IMG/VR virus record: IMGVR_UViG_3300042466_000764
Reading direction: 5' to 3' (one strand)
Source of the DNA: an uncultured virus (IMG/VR IMGVR_UViG_3300042466_000764)
Taxonomy: Duplodnaviria > Heunggongvirae > Uroviricota > Caudoviricetes
DNA length: 53,966 bases
The notes under the pieces are model-generated. The model was not told the DNA's origin. It did not search any database and saw only the letters and a program-made list of their open reading frames with translations. A program made the translations under genes and the position numbers. Numbering within the stretch: position 1 is the stretch's first letter; the number at the start of each line of letters is the position of its first letter. Below, piece by piece: positions 45,762 to 53,966 of the stretch.

Positions 45762-46244
45762 TTGATAATTGAATTAGAACCATGGGAATATGAACACGCC
45801 TATATGGTAGGTATGCGAAGATATACAGAAAATTGGAATAAGGTAGATGCTTCATACTACAATAGATCTAGTATGGAAGAAGATAGAAACGCTCAACCAG
45901 CATCAGCAATTTGTGAACTAGCAGTTGCTAAATATACAAACCAGTATTGGCATGCCTCAGTTTGGGACGGTAGAAAGCATAAGAAGTATAAAGATATGCC
46001 AGACGTAGGAACAAACATAGAAGTAAGAAGAGTAAGAACACAGTCTGGTCCAGCAGTGCGTGAAAAAGATCTTAATCGTGGTTTAATTATTTGGGGTGCA
46101 GAACTATCAGACTCAGAATATAGAACAGTTAATTTGTTGGGTTGGATAGAGGCTGAAAAAGGATATGAAATTGGTATTGATAGAAGTGGGTACAAGGTTA
46201 TACCAAAAGAATTATTAAATAAAGATTGGTCAGAAGAAGAGTGA
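45762..46244 (+). CDS. Hypothetical protein (possible PD-(D/E)xK-like fold)
   Basis: CELAVAKY...PDVGTNIEVR pattern; TTG start. Confidence 0.6.
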   Translation: MIIELEPWEYEHAYMVGMRRYTENWNKVDASYYNRSSMEEDRNAQPASAICELAVAKYTNQYWHASVWDGRKHKKYKDMPDVGTNIEVRRVRTQSGPAVREKDLNRGLIIWGAELSDSEYRTVNLLGWIEAEKGYEIGIDRSGYKVIPKELLNKDWSEEE

Positions 46245-46900
46245 GTAAAGAAATACTTGATCCACTAAGTTTAGATTTTAACATCTGGTATAAATCTAAA
46301 TCTGAATCTTTCTTGTATATAAATGAAAGATCTAGGGTTACTTCAAGATGGCTTTCTTATCAAGAAGGAATTAAAGATCAGTATACTGACAGTATTATAA
46401 AACCAATAAATTTATATGCTAGTAAACTATATCCAAAACCTAAACTATTAAGTATTAAAGGTAGTGAAGTAACGCTGCAACAAACAAATCATGCTGAAAT
46501 ATTTTTACTTCAAAAGGAAGATGGTTTGTATAGTTTAGATAGACCATGGATTAGACAGTACTACTTATCAGATCAAGAGCCTCCTGAGTTGCCCAAAGAT
46601 TGTTTTACTGATGTTTTTAGATTTTATATGCCATGGCTTATTGATGAAGAAATTAAGGCTTTTATAGAGCAGCCAGAGGATTCTCCTTTTGTTATATATC
46701 CAAAAGTTATGAATTTTAAAAAAATACCTAAAGGTACAACAATGATTGAGACTGACTTTGTATACTTTCATTTTAAAGATAAAGGCAACCATATGGTTGA
46801 CAATGAATTTGGTAAAATACCAAGGTATGCCCCAATGTATAACCTTAGATTTCAAGCAAGTGATATAATGATAGAGAGAGTAAGGAAGATGTATGAATAA
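46241..46900 (+). CDS. Hypothetical protein (possibly divergent DUF6065-like)
   Basis: FRFYMPWLID...PEDSPF...GKIPRYAPMY loosely parallels the two downstream genes; GTG 46241. Confidence 0.55.
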   Translation: MSKEILDPLSLDFNIWYKSKSESFLYINERSRVTSRWLSYQEGIKDQYTDSIIKPINLYASKLYPKPKLLSIKGSEVTLQQTNHAEIFLLQKEDGLYSLDRPWIRQYYLSDQEPPELPKDCFTDVFRFYMPWLIDEEIKAFIEQPEDSPFVIYPKVMNFKKIPKGTTMIETDFVYFHFKDKGNHMVDNEFGKIPRYAPMYNLRFQASDIMIERVRKMYE

Positions 46901-47621
46901 AGTTCAGTTTTATCCTTTTAACGATAAGACAGCAATGTTTGCACCACAACCAGAACCAGCATCAAAATTTATTCCAGAGTGGTATAGACAACAACCAGGT
47001 TTTATAGGTGATGAATATAAAGATTTTATTTCTAAAGGTGGTAGTAGCGGAACCATAAAAAGATGTATGCCAATTTTTGATTTAATGACTGCTGGATACA
47101 TTATTAAGTTTCCTATGGACGTGTACGTAGATGCTACCAACCCAGAAAAAATAACATGGAGTGTTCCTAATGAACTTAAATTTGTTGGTAATGACATGGT
47201 TGCAACACACACAGCAGAACAAATATCTAATTATCCTGTTGACGATAACGTGTATCATAAACAAATTTTTAGAATTTTACCATTTTGGTCTATCATGACA
47301 CCAAAAGGATATAGTACTATATTTACTCATCCATTTCATCAAGATGCAGTTCCATTTAAAGCGTTTGAAGCATTTGTTGATACAGATAGGTTTGCATCAG
47401 ATGGACACTTTTCTATGTATATTAAAAAAGATTTTAAGGGTATTATAAAGCAGGGTACGCCATTGATCCAGGCCATACCAGTCAAAAGAGAATCATGGGA
47501 ATCAGAGTGTGTGGCATACTCAATCGGTAAAGATGAGATAGAAAAACAAAGACTAATGGTTAGAAGTAGTTTTAGAAATTCTTATAAAGAAAAGTTTAGA
47601 CAAAAAAAAGAATATAAGTAA
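46893..47621 (+). CDS. DUF6065-like protein A
   Basis: P.PA...PEWY, TIKRCMP.FD..TAGY, TPKGYS...HP, VDTD, IIKQGTPL.Q.IP.KRE.W. Confidence 0.65.
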   Translation: MNKVQFYPFNDKTAMFAPQPEPASKFIPEWYRQQPGFIGDEYKDFISKGGSSGTIKRCMPIFDLMTAGYIIKFPMDVYVDATNPEKITWSVPNELKFVGNDMVATHTAEQISNYPVDDNVYHKQIFRILPFWSIMTPKGYSTIFTHPFHQDAVPFKAFEAFVDTDRFASDGHFSMYIKKDFKGIIKQGTPLIQAIPVKRESWESECVAYSIGKDEIEKQRLMVRSSFRNSYKEKFRQKKEYK

Positions 47622-48385
47622 TGAACGAACCGCTAAAAATATCTTTTACACCAGGTGGTGGAACTAACTATGAAGGTTTGTACACACCTCCAGAGCCTGC
47701 AATTAAACATGTTCCAGAGTGGTACAAAAGTTTAGCCAGACATGAAGTGTGGAATGATGACAAGTTTTTAAATCCAGTTAATAACATTGGTGGAGATGGT
47801 GCTAGAGTTGCAACAAAAATGTGTATGCCTTTTCTTGATTCTTTAACTGCTGGATATTTTTATTTATTAGAACATGATCTATTGGTAGAGTTAGACAAAA
47901 ATGGAAAACCAAAATTATCTTGGGATAGTGAAGTTATGATTGTTGACAAAAGACCAACAATTGATTTGCCAGTACCAGATAACTGTCATCCAATACATTA
48001 TGGATGGAGAATGAACTGGTATTACGAAACACCTCCAGGCTATTCTGTTTTAATTACTCATCCTATGAATAGACATGATTTACCATTTTATACTATGTCT
48101 GGTATTGTTGAATCTGATATTTGGGGCTTACCAGTATTTACGGCTTTCTTTTTAAAGAAAGGTTTTCAAGGAATAATAAAAAAGGGAACTCCAATATTTC
48201 AAATCTTGCCATTTAAAAGAGATAACTGGGAATTAGAGGTAGATGCAAGTATAAAAAAAATAGATGATCATGAGTTTAAGGCAGAGAATAGAAGGTCAAT
48301 GTTGTATGGGTATTATAAAAAAACAGCATGGCGTAAAAAAATATTTGGCATTAAGGGAAAAGAAAATCAAGATGAGCAAGACTGA
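47621..48385 (+). CDS. DUF6065-like protein B
   Basis: PEPA...PEWY, TKMCMPFLDSLTAGY, TPPGYS...HPMNRHDLPF, IIKKGTPIFQILPFKRDNW; paralog of A. Confidence 0.65.
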   Translation: MNEPLKISFTPGGGTNYEGLYTPPEPAIKHVPEWYKSLARHEVWNDDKFLNPVNNIGGDGARVATKMCMPFLDSLTAGYFYLLEHDLLVELDKNGKPKLSWDSEVMIVDKRPTIDLPVPDNCHPIHYGWRMNWYYETPPGYSVLITHPMNRHDLPFYTMSGIVESDIWGLPVFTAFFLKKGFQGIIKKGTPIFQILPFKRDNWELEVDASIKKIDDHEFKAENRRSMLYGYYKKTAWRKKIFGIKGKENQDEQD

Positions 48386-49256
48386 TCTTCCAAATCCAAT
48401 TGATGTAGTAATATATTCATATAAAAATAAAATGTTAAAGGAAGTTGTAGAAAATTTATTAGAAAAGTCATCTAAAAAAAATGCAATATATTTACATATC
48501 TTTGATCAACATACCCTTACAAGGCAAGATTATTTTGATAAGATAGAGAATTGTGGTTATCAGCATATACTTTGGGATAGTATTCTTGGCCCATGTTTTT
48601 ACAAAAATCAATTATTAGAACAGTCTAAGTTTACATATACTATGTTTATGTCTGATAATATATTTTTAAAAGATAATTGGGATGAAGAACTTATTAATGC
48701 TTTGCCAAACTCTGGGTCGATAATATCTATTAAAAATAAAAATAAATTAAAACAAGATGGAATATTTTATTTTAAAAAAGAAGAAGAGGTAGTGGATAAG
48801 TTTACTAGTAGTAAGTTTGTTGGCAGAGATCTTATATTTGGACATACCGAAACGTTACGCAACATTGGATACCCCTCATATTTAAAATACTATGGAGAGG
48901 AAGAAGTCCTGTCTTTAATGTATCACGCTAATAATATAAAAGTATTCTGTTGTCCAGATAATTTTTATAAAAAGGAAGGGCTGAATAACCTTGAAACGCT
49001 TTATACAGTTTTTTCTAAATATCACAATTACAATCAAATGATTAAGTTAATTAAAAATGAAAAAAATGATTATATAGATATAGGTCTTCCCCTCATGTCT
49101 CCTATTTCAGATTTTTATAACATCAATGGCTTGGATATAGAAAAAACACACCCCCTGCCCTTTGAAATTAACGATGTTTTTTATAACCCAACAGATTCAG
49201 AGTTTGACGGTATAGACTCTAAAAGATTTATGACCAAAATAAATTATATTGATTAA
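48372..49256 (+). CDS. Glycosyltransferase, GT-A fold (divergent GT60-like)
   Basis: IDVVIYSYK, GPCFYK, FLKDNWDEELI, YYGEEEVLSL. Confidence 0.6.
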   Translation: MSKTDLPNPIDVVIYSYKNKMLKEVVENLLEKSSKKNAIYLHIFDQHTLTRQDYFDKIENCGYQHILWDSILGPCFYKNQLLEQSKFTYTMFMSDNIFLKDNWDEELINALPNSGSIISIKNKNKLKQDGIFYFKKEEEVVDKFTSSKFVGRDLIFGHTETLRNIGYPSYLKYYGEEEVLSLMYHANNIKVFCCPDNFYKKEGLNNLETLYTVFSKYHNYNQMIKLIKNEKNDYIDIGLPLMSPISDFYNINGLDIEKTHPLPFEINDVFYNPTDSEFDGIDSKRFMTKINYID

Positions 49257-49265
49257 TGATATAAT
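49257..49265 (+). promoter_or_regulatory. Extended -10 (TGATATAAT)
   Basis: Immediately after the stop codon, upstream of ATG 49286. Confidence 0.55.
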
Positions 49266-49285
49266 AGAGAAAAGACAGGAACAGT

Positions 49286-49912
49286 ATGCATAGAATCGCG
49301 GTAGTGGATAATTTCATAACCAAGGAAGACGCAGATACCCTAATAAGGGAACAACACAACCCATCAGAAGTTAATCCGTATCCAGAATACTATAGTAAAA
49401 GATATGGTGGCACATCATTACCATACAATAAAACGGTCATGGATATTATGATTAAGTATGGCAATAAGTCTAACGAAATACACAGATCCTATAATGGGTT
49501 CCTTAATCCAATATATGTGTTTAAAGGTTTTGGATCACATTGGACAAAAGGTACAAGAGGTGGACTACACTTAGATGCACAAGGACCAGAACCATTTATA
49601 GAATTTAGTACAATAATTTATTTAAATGAAACTCCAGAATACCAGGGTGGTAAAATATTTTTTCCTAATCAAGATTTTGTATACCAGCCTAAAAAATATT
49701 CTGCAGTATTCTTTCCAAGTTCTGGTACAGAATATATTCACGGTATTACTGAAGTAACTGAAGGTCATAGATACACTGCACTATATATGCACACATCACT
49801 TCCAGAACATGCAGATCCAGATTTCTTGGGGGAAGATAAGAATCCAACTTGGCAAGCCGTACAGTATCCATTAGAAAGAGAGGCTGCAGAGCGTGACTTC
49901 AATAGATCATGA
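49286..49912 (+). CDS. Prolyl 4-hydroxylase-like 2OG-Fe(II) oxygenase
   Basis: VVDNFIT, LHLD, IIYLN...GGKIFF, IHGITEV..G.RY (HxD...H...R). Confidence 0.85.
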   Translation: MHRIAVVDNFITKEDADTLIREQHNPSEVNPYPEYYSKRYGGTSLPYNKTVMDIMIKYGNKSNEIHRSYNGFLNPIYVFKGFGSHWTKGTRGGLHLDAQGPEPFIEFSTIIYLNETPEYQGGKIFFPNQDFVYQPKKYSAVFFPSSGTEYIHGITEVTEGHRYTALYMHTSLPEHADPDFLGEDKNPTWQAVQYPLEREAAERDFNRS

Positions 49913-50567
49913 AGTATTAGATTTAGGTTTGGTATATTATAAAAATATTGTAAAAAATACTGATCAGATTATAAGAAACATAGAAGACTTAGAAGAAAGG
50001 TTTTTAAATAGTTCCCCAGATATTAAACAAAGAACAGTTGTTCAACCGTGGTCTCCTTGGATTAATGATAGTGCTGGAACAAACGAAATATTTTGTTGGC
50101 AAAAATTTATTCCAACTATGGAACAGATATCAGAAGATGATGCTTTTAAAGATGAACAAAGAAACATATCTTCTAGAATACATGGATCAATTGATGAAGC
50201 ACTATTGCACTATTCAACAAAGTTATATCCATTTGCACAAAAAAATGTTAAAGCAAAAGAACACGCAACTAGTTTATTAAGATATGATAAGTCTGGATAT
50301 CTACCACCACATCAAGACCAGGGGGTGAGTACCAGAGTTTTATCTGTATTGTTATACCTTAATGATGATTACGTTGGCGGAGAGATAACCTTTAAACAAT
50401 CAAATGTAACCATTAAGCCATCAGCAGGTAGCATTGTGTTTTTTCCATCCAACTTTTTATATGTTCACGAAGTTGATTCTGTTTTAAAAGGACCAAGATA
50501 TGCATTACCAACTTGGTTTCATAATGTGCCATCTCACATGATTAGAAACTCTACTGGTCAAGAATGA
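49893..50567 (+). CDS. Prolyl 4-hydroxylase-like 2OG-Fe(II) oxygenase
   Basis: LLRY, PHQD, RVLSVLLYLNDDYVGGEITF, VHEV..V..G.RY...W. Confidence 0.88.
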   Translation: MTSIDHEVLDLGLVYYKNIVKNTDQIIRNIEDLEERFLNSSPDIKQRTVVQPWSPWINDSAGTNEIFCWQKFIPTMEQISEDDAFKDEQRNISSRIHGSIDEALLHYSTKLYPFAQKNVKAKEHATSLLRYDKSGYLPPHQDQGVSTRVLSVLLYLNDDYVGGEITFKQSNVTIKPSAGSIVFFPSNFLYVHEVDSVLKGPRYALPTWFHNVPSHMIRNSTGQE

Positions 50568-50650
50568 AACAAATAATATATAAAATTAAGTTTTATTTTT
50601 GGTTAAGAAAAAATAAAAAACATTTTAAAAAAAGAGATTTTATATATTAA
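50564..50650 (+). CDS. 28-aa basic peptide ending RDFIY (SxtK/DUF5989-like; absent from ORF track)
   Basis: MKQIIYKIKFYFWLRKNKKHFKKRDFIY*; ATGA overlap with the upstream stop; ends 1 nt before the next ATG. Confidence 0.65.
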   Translation: MKQIIYKIKFYFWLRKNKKHFKKRDFIY

Positions 50651-50651
50651 T

Positions 50652-51482
50652 ATGAATTATAAAGATATCATGGATAATGATAAAACAACAAGACCTCAAC
50701 ATTTTAAATACTTGTTACACAAGAATAAAGATATAATTGGACCATTTCTTGATTCGAATTTAAATAAAAAAGATCATAATAATTATATTTCAGACAAACT
50801 AAAAACAGTAGATCCTAGAAAAACAAACATACTGTTTGCTGGATGCTCAATTACTGTTGGGTGTGGTGTAAATGATATTAAAAAAAGTTGGTCATACAAA
50901 CTTTATAATAAAATGAACAAGGATAATGAATGTTCTGGTTATTTTAATATTGGCTGTTCTGGATTCTCTTCAATAGAAATAATGATAAACGTGTTAAAGT
51001 ATATTGCTAAATATGGTTGTCCAGATTTTATTTTTATTCTTTTTCCAAATTGGGGAAGGGATTGGCATAAGTTCAATACTAGTCACAAATCAATGGACGA
51101 TATTAAAAATGGAGAAATATTAGATATTTTTGTTTTTAATCTGTATAGTATTTTGGAAGATATCTGTAAAACTAATAATGCTAAAATTTTTTCTACTAGT
51201 TGGTCTGATCCAATTCCTGGAATAACTGATTTTATAAATGTTGATCTACAAAAGTTTGAAACATATATGAATAAAACAATGAAAGAATCATTTGATAGTT
51301 ATTATGATGTAGATAAAGAACGATTTTCAAAAAATGTATTTTGGTTTATACAAAATAAAGAAAAAAACATGACAATCATAGGAAATGACGGTACCCATCC
51401 AAGCGAAGCAGTTCATTATGCTTGGTTTAAAGAGGCTGAGTTTCAGTTACAGGAGGCTATAAATGTTGATAATGGGAATTAA
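50652..51482 (+). CDS. SGNH/GDSL hydrolase-like protein
   Basis: FAGCSITVGCG, FNIGCSGFS, DGTHPSEAVH; paralog of 36678-37730. Confidence 0.78.
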   Translation: MNYKDIMDNDKTTRPQHFKYLLHKNKDIIGPFLDSNLNKKDHNNYISDKLKTVDPRKTNILFAGCSITVGCGVNDIKKSWSYKLYNKMNKDNECSGYFNIGCSGFSSIEIMINVLKYIAKYGCPDFIFILFPNWGRDWHKFNTSHKSMDDIKNGEILDIFVFNLYSILEDICKTNNAKIFSTSWSDPIPGITDFINVDLQKFETYMNKTMKESFDSYYDVDKERFSKNVFWFIQNKEKNMTIIGNDGTHPSEAVHYAWFKEAEFQLQEAINVDNGN

Positions 51483-52896
51483 TGAAACAACACATGATGC
51501 TTCTATATCTTTAATTAAAGATGATAAGGTGTTATTTTCTGGACACGCAGAAAGATATAGCAAAGTTAAAAATGATTGGTTTACCAACAAGGGTTTAATA
51601 GATAATGCATTGGAGTATGGGATTCCAGATCAAATAGCCTACTATGAAAATCCATTTTTAAAAAAACTAAGAGTTAAAACTTGTGGTGGTTTTGGTGGCG
51701 GTAAGCCTTGGTTTGAACATACTTATCTTAATGCAATACCAAGAACTAATTTTAAACATCACTACTCGCATGCAGCAGCAGGGTACTATACTAGCAAGTT
51801 TGACGATGCAGTGATAGTAGTACTTGATTCAATTGGAGAATTTAATACCTCTACCATTTGGGCTGGAGAAGGAAATGATATTAAGTTAATGTACAAAGAT
51901 AATTATCCCTTTAGTTTTGGTTTATTTTATTCTGCGTTTACTCAACTTATTGGTCTGATACCAAACCAAGAAGAGTACATAATGATGGGCATGGCTGCCT
52001 ATGGAGATAAACAAAAATATCTTAAAAAGGTTTTAGAATACTTTCCATCAATTGGATATCAAAAATATAATTTTCATAAAGGAATTTTTGATTGGGGATC
52101 AGAAATAACTGAGCAAGATAGGTTTGATATTGCCGCAGCAGTACAAGAAGTTTATCAAATAAAGTTAATAGATTTTATGTATATGGCAAAAAGATTAACT
52201 AAGAAAAATAAATTAGTTTTTATGGGTGGGTGTGCTCTTAATTGTTCTGCTAATACATTGTTGTGGAATATATTTGATGATATATGGATTATGCCAAACC
52301 CTGGAGATGCTGGAAGTTCTTTGGGTGCTGCGGCAGCCTTGTATGGAAAGCATGTTGACTTTAAGACACCGTTTCTTGGTTATGATTTAGGAGATAAATA
52401 TCCAGTAGATTCAGCATTAAATGAAATAGTGAATGGTGGAATTGCGGCGATAGCAAGTGGAAGAGCAGAATATGGACCAAGAGCATTAGGTAATAGAAGT
52501 ATATTGGCAGACCCTAGAGATCCAAACATTAAAGATAAGGTTAATAATATTAAAAAGCGTGAACTCTTTAGACCCTTTGCACCAGTTGTGATGGAAGAGC
52601 ATGCAAGTAAATGGTTTGATATGAATTTTACAAGTCCTTATATGCAGTATGCAGTTAAGTGTTTAAAGCCAGATTTGATACCGTCCGTTGTTCATAAAGA
52701 TGGTACCTCTAGGGTTCAGACTGTAAATAAAGATCAGCATCCTGGACTATACGACCTGTTATCCAGATGGTACAAAATATCAAAGGTACCAGTTTTGCTT
52801 AATACCAGTTTAAATATTAAGGGTCAACCATTGCTTAATGACGAGAGTGATATAATTAATTGGGAACAAACATACGGAGCAAGGATAATAAGATGA
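51463..52896 (+). CDS. O-carbamoyltransferase (NodU/CmcH/TobZ family)
   Basis: THDAS, ERYSKVKND, HHYSHAA, LDSIGE, EYIMMGMAAYG, GGCALN, PGDAGSSLGA, EYGPRALGNRS, RELFRPFAP, HKDGTSRVQTV, LNTSLN. Confidence 0.95.
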   Translation: MLIMGINETTHDASISLIKDDKVLFSGHAERYSKVKNDWFTNKGLIDNALEYGIPDQIAYYENPFLKKLRVKTCGGFGGGKPWFEHTYLNAIPRTNFKHHYSHAAAGYYTSKFDDAVIVVLDSIGEFNTSTIWAGEGNDIKLMYKDNYPFSFGLFYSAFTQLIGLIPNQEEYIMMGMAAYGDKQKYLKKVLEYFPSIGYQKYNFHKGIFDWGSEITEQDRFDIAAAVQEVYQIKLIDFMYMAKRLTKKNKLVFMGGCALNCSANTLLWNIFDDIWIMPNPGDAGSSLGAAAALYGKHVDFKTPFLGYDLGDKYPVDSALNEIVNGGIAAIASGRAEYGPRALGNRSILADPRDPNIKDKVNNIKKRELFRPFAPVVMEEHASKWFDMNFTSPYMQYAVKCLKPDLIPSVVHKDGTSRVQTVNKDQHPGLYDLLSRWYKISKVPVLLNTSLNIKGQPLLNDESDIINWEQTYGARIIR

Positions 52897-53837
52897 ATAA
52901 AAAAATATTTGTATCTATACCAGCATGGGAAGATGTGCATTTGGTAGATACTATGAATCATATTTTAGACACTGCATACTACCCTGAAAATATTGTATTT
53001 GGACTTGGTTTAAACTATAAAGAAGAGCCAGATCTATCAATGTTTAACAATGTAAGGATAGTTAGAGATCAAGACATAGCAGATGGAAAGCCAGGCATAG
53101 TAGGCATTAGAGAGGCTATAAGGGGTCTAATAGAGGATGAGCAGTACTTTTTAGGTATAGATGCCCACGCAGATTTTGAACTTAACTGGGATACTACTCT
53201 AATGGATGACATAGAAGAGTTAACAAAAAATAATGAAAAAAGAATTATATCTAGACAGGCTACAGCCAAAGTTCAAGGTAAACGTAATTGGAAAACAAGG
53301 TGGGTTGTAGATGGAACTTTTAATGAATTAGATTTACATGGAGAGGTAGTTGAGTTTGACGTAGCACTAGATAAAGATAAGGTTAATGATAAATATTTTA
53401 AAAATTATTATATTTCTTGTAATTTTATTTTTGCAAAATGTTCTGACATTAAAGCAATAGAATTTCCTTCATATCACAGATTTCCTTTTGAAGAACCAGA
53501 GCAATCTATAGCAGTATATTGTCAAGACTATGATGTGGTTGCACCATATGCTGATGCTATCGTTCATTATGCTGGTAACGATATTAAGTATTCATTTCCA
53601 TATGATGAAAGATGGTGGAAGTTTGTTGGTACTGATCGCAACAATCCAAACCATTGGACTAGGATATGGGTTCTTGATGATGACGATATGACAAAAGAAG
53701 TTAAAAAAATAATGATACTTGGTAGAAACAAATATTTTACCTTTTTGGAATATACAAGAAGCATTATAGATTTTTATGAAGAGATAGATATGATAGAAAG
53801 TTATTGGGAAATAAGAAAAAGTATAATAGGTAATTAG
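52893..53837 (+). CDS. GT60-family (Skp1-type hydroxyproline GlcNAc-transferase-like) glycosyltransferase
   Basis: IFVSIPAWED...A.YPENIVFGL, EQYFLGIDAH..F..NWD..L, SCNFIF, FEE...YDVVAP resemble the GT60 (Pfam GlcNAc) family. Confidence 0.75.
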   Translation: MNKKIFVSIPAWEDVHLVDTMNHILDTAYYPENIVFGLGLNYKEEPDLSMFNNVRIVRDQDIADGKPGIVGIREAIRGLIEDEQYFLGIDAHADFELNWDTTLMDDIEELTKNNEKRIISRQATAKVQGKRNWKTRWVVDGTFNELDLHGEVVEFDVALDKDKVNDKYFKNYYISCNFIFAKCSDIKAIEFPSYHRFPFEEPEQSIAVYCQDYDVVAPYADAIVHYAGNDIKYSFPYDERWWKFVGTDRNNPNHWTRIWVLDDDDMTKEVKKIMILGRNKYFTFLEYTRSIIDFYEEIDMIESYWEIRKSIIGN

Positions 53838-53847
53838 CATTTTTTTG

Positions 53848-53856
53848 TGATATAAT
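53848..53856 (+). promoter_or_regulatory. Extended -10 (TGATATAAT)
   Basis: Upstream of SD AAGGAG and ATG 53872. Confidence 0.6.
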
Positions 53857-53871
53857 ATATTAAGGAGATAT

Positions 53872-53966
53872 ATGACACAAGATTCAAAGAAAAAAAGTTT
53901 ATATAAGACAGTTAGTTGGCCTATTGTTCACATAGGTTTTGTTGGTACGTTAGTATATTTTTTTGA
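53872..53966 (+). CDS. Small membrane protein, DUF2061-like (partial, runs off window)
   Basis: MTQDSKKKSLYKTVSWPIVHIGFVGTLVYFF...; the S..K.VSW motif followed by a hydrophobic helix. Confidence 0.55.
   Translation, partial: MTQDSKKKSLYKTVSWPIVHIGFVGTLVYFF

Noticed and set aside
417..53840. Numerous minus-strand and nested ORFs in the ORF track (for example 832-1251, 5658-6113, 10354-10902, 13027-13557)
   Set aside because: They lie antisense to or inside well-supported + strand genes, lack recognisable motifs or SD sites, and look like shadow ORFs
1..53966. Alternative genetic code / stop-codon reassignment
   Set aside because: Long genes are intact under the standard code, TAA/TAG/TGA all end genes at coupled junctions, and there is no suppressor tRNA

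Overview
This is an AT-rich, gene-dense fragment of a large tailed dsDNA phage with a long non-contractile (siphovirus-type) tail module. All credible genes lie on the + strand. The gene content (DnaE, DnaB, DnaG, RecA, Cas4-like, RuvC-like, terminase far from the head genes) and the leaderless promoters resemble large actinobacteriophages, possibly of freshwater low-GC Actinobacteria; this is inference. Gene order: head/neck/tail genes (1-21.2 kb); replication and recombination (21.2-30.3 kb); a tandem array of five 2OG-Fe(II) oxygenases (30.3-33.6 kb); nucleases, an SGNH hydrolase and terminase (33.6-40 kb); a secreted/membrane protein and protease cluster (40-45.5 kb); three tRNAs; and an accessory modification island (46-54 kb: DUF6065-like paralogs, two GT60-like glycosyltransferases, two prolyl-4-hydroxylase-like oxygenases, an SxtK-like peptide, an SGNH hydrolase and a NodU/CmcH carbamoyltransferase). 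The most notable points are (i) a candidate phage-encoded hydroxylate-glycosylate-carbamoylate pathway with Pro/Thr-rich secreted proteins as possible substrates; (ii) tail assembly chaperones G and GT apparently produced by gene duplication rather than programmed frameshifting; (iii) a secreted protein that appears to start at an ATT codon; (iv) several leaderless promoters and small ORFs missed by the ORF track. All family assignments come from motif recognition by eye; no searches were run.
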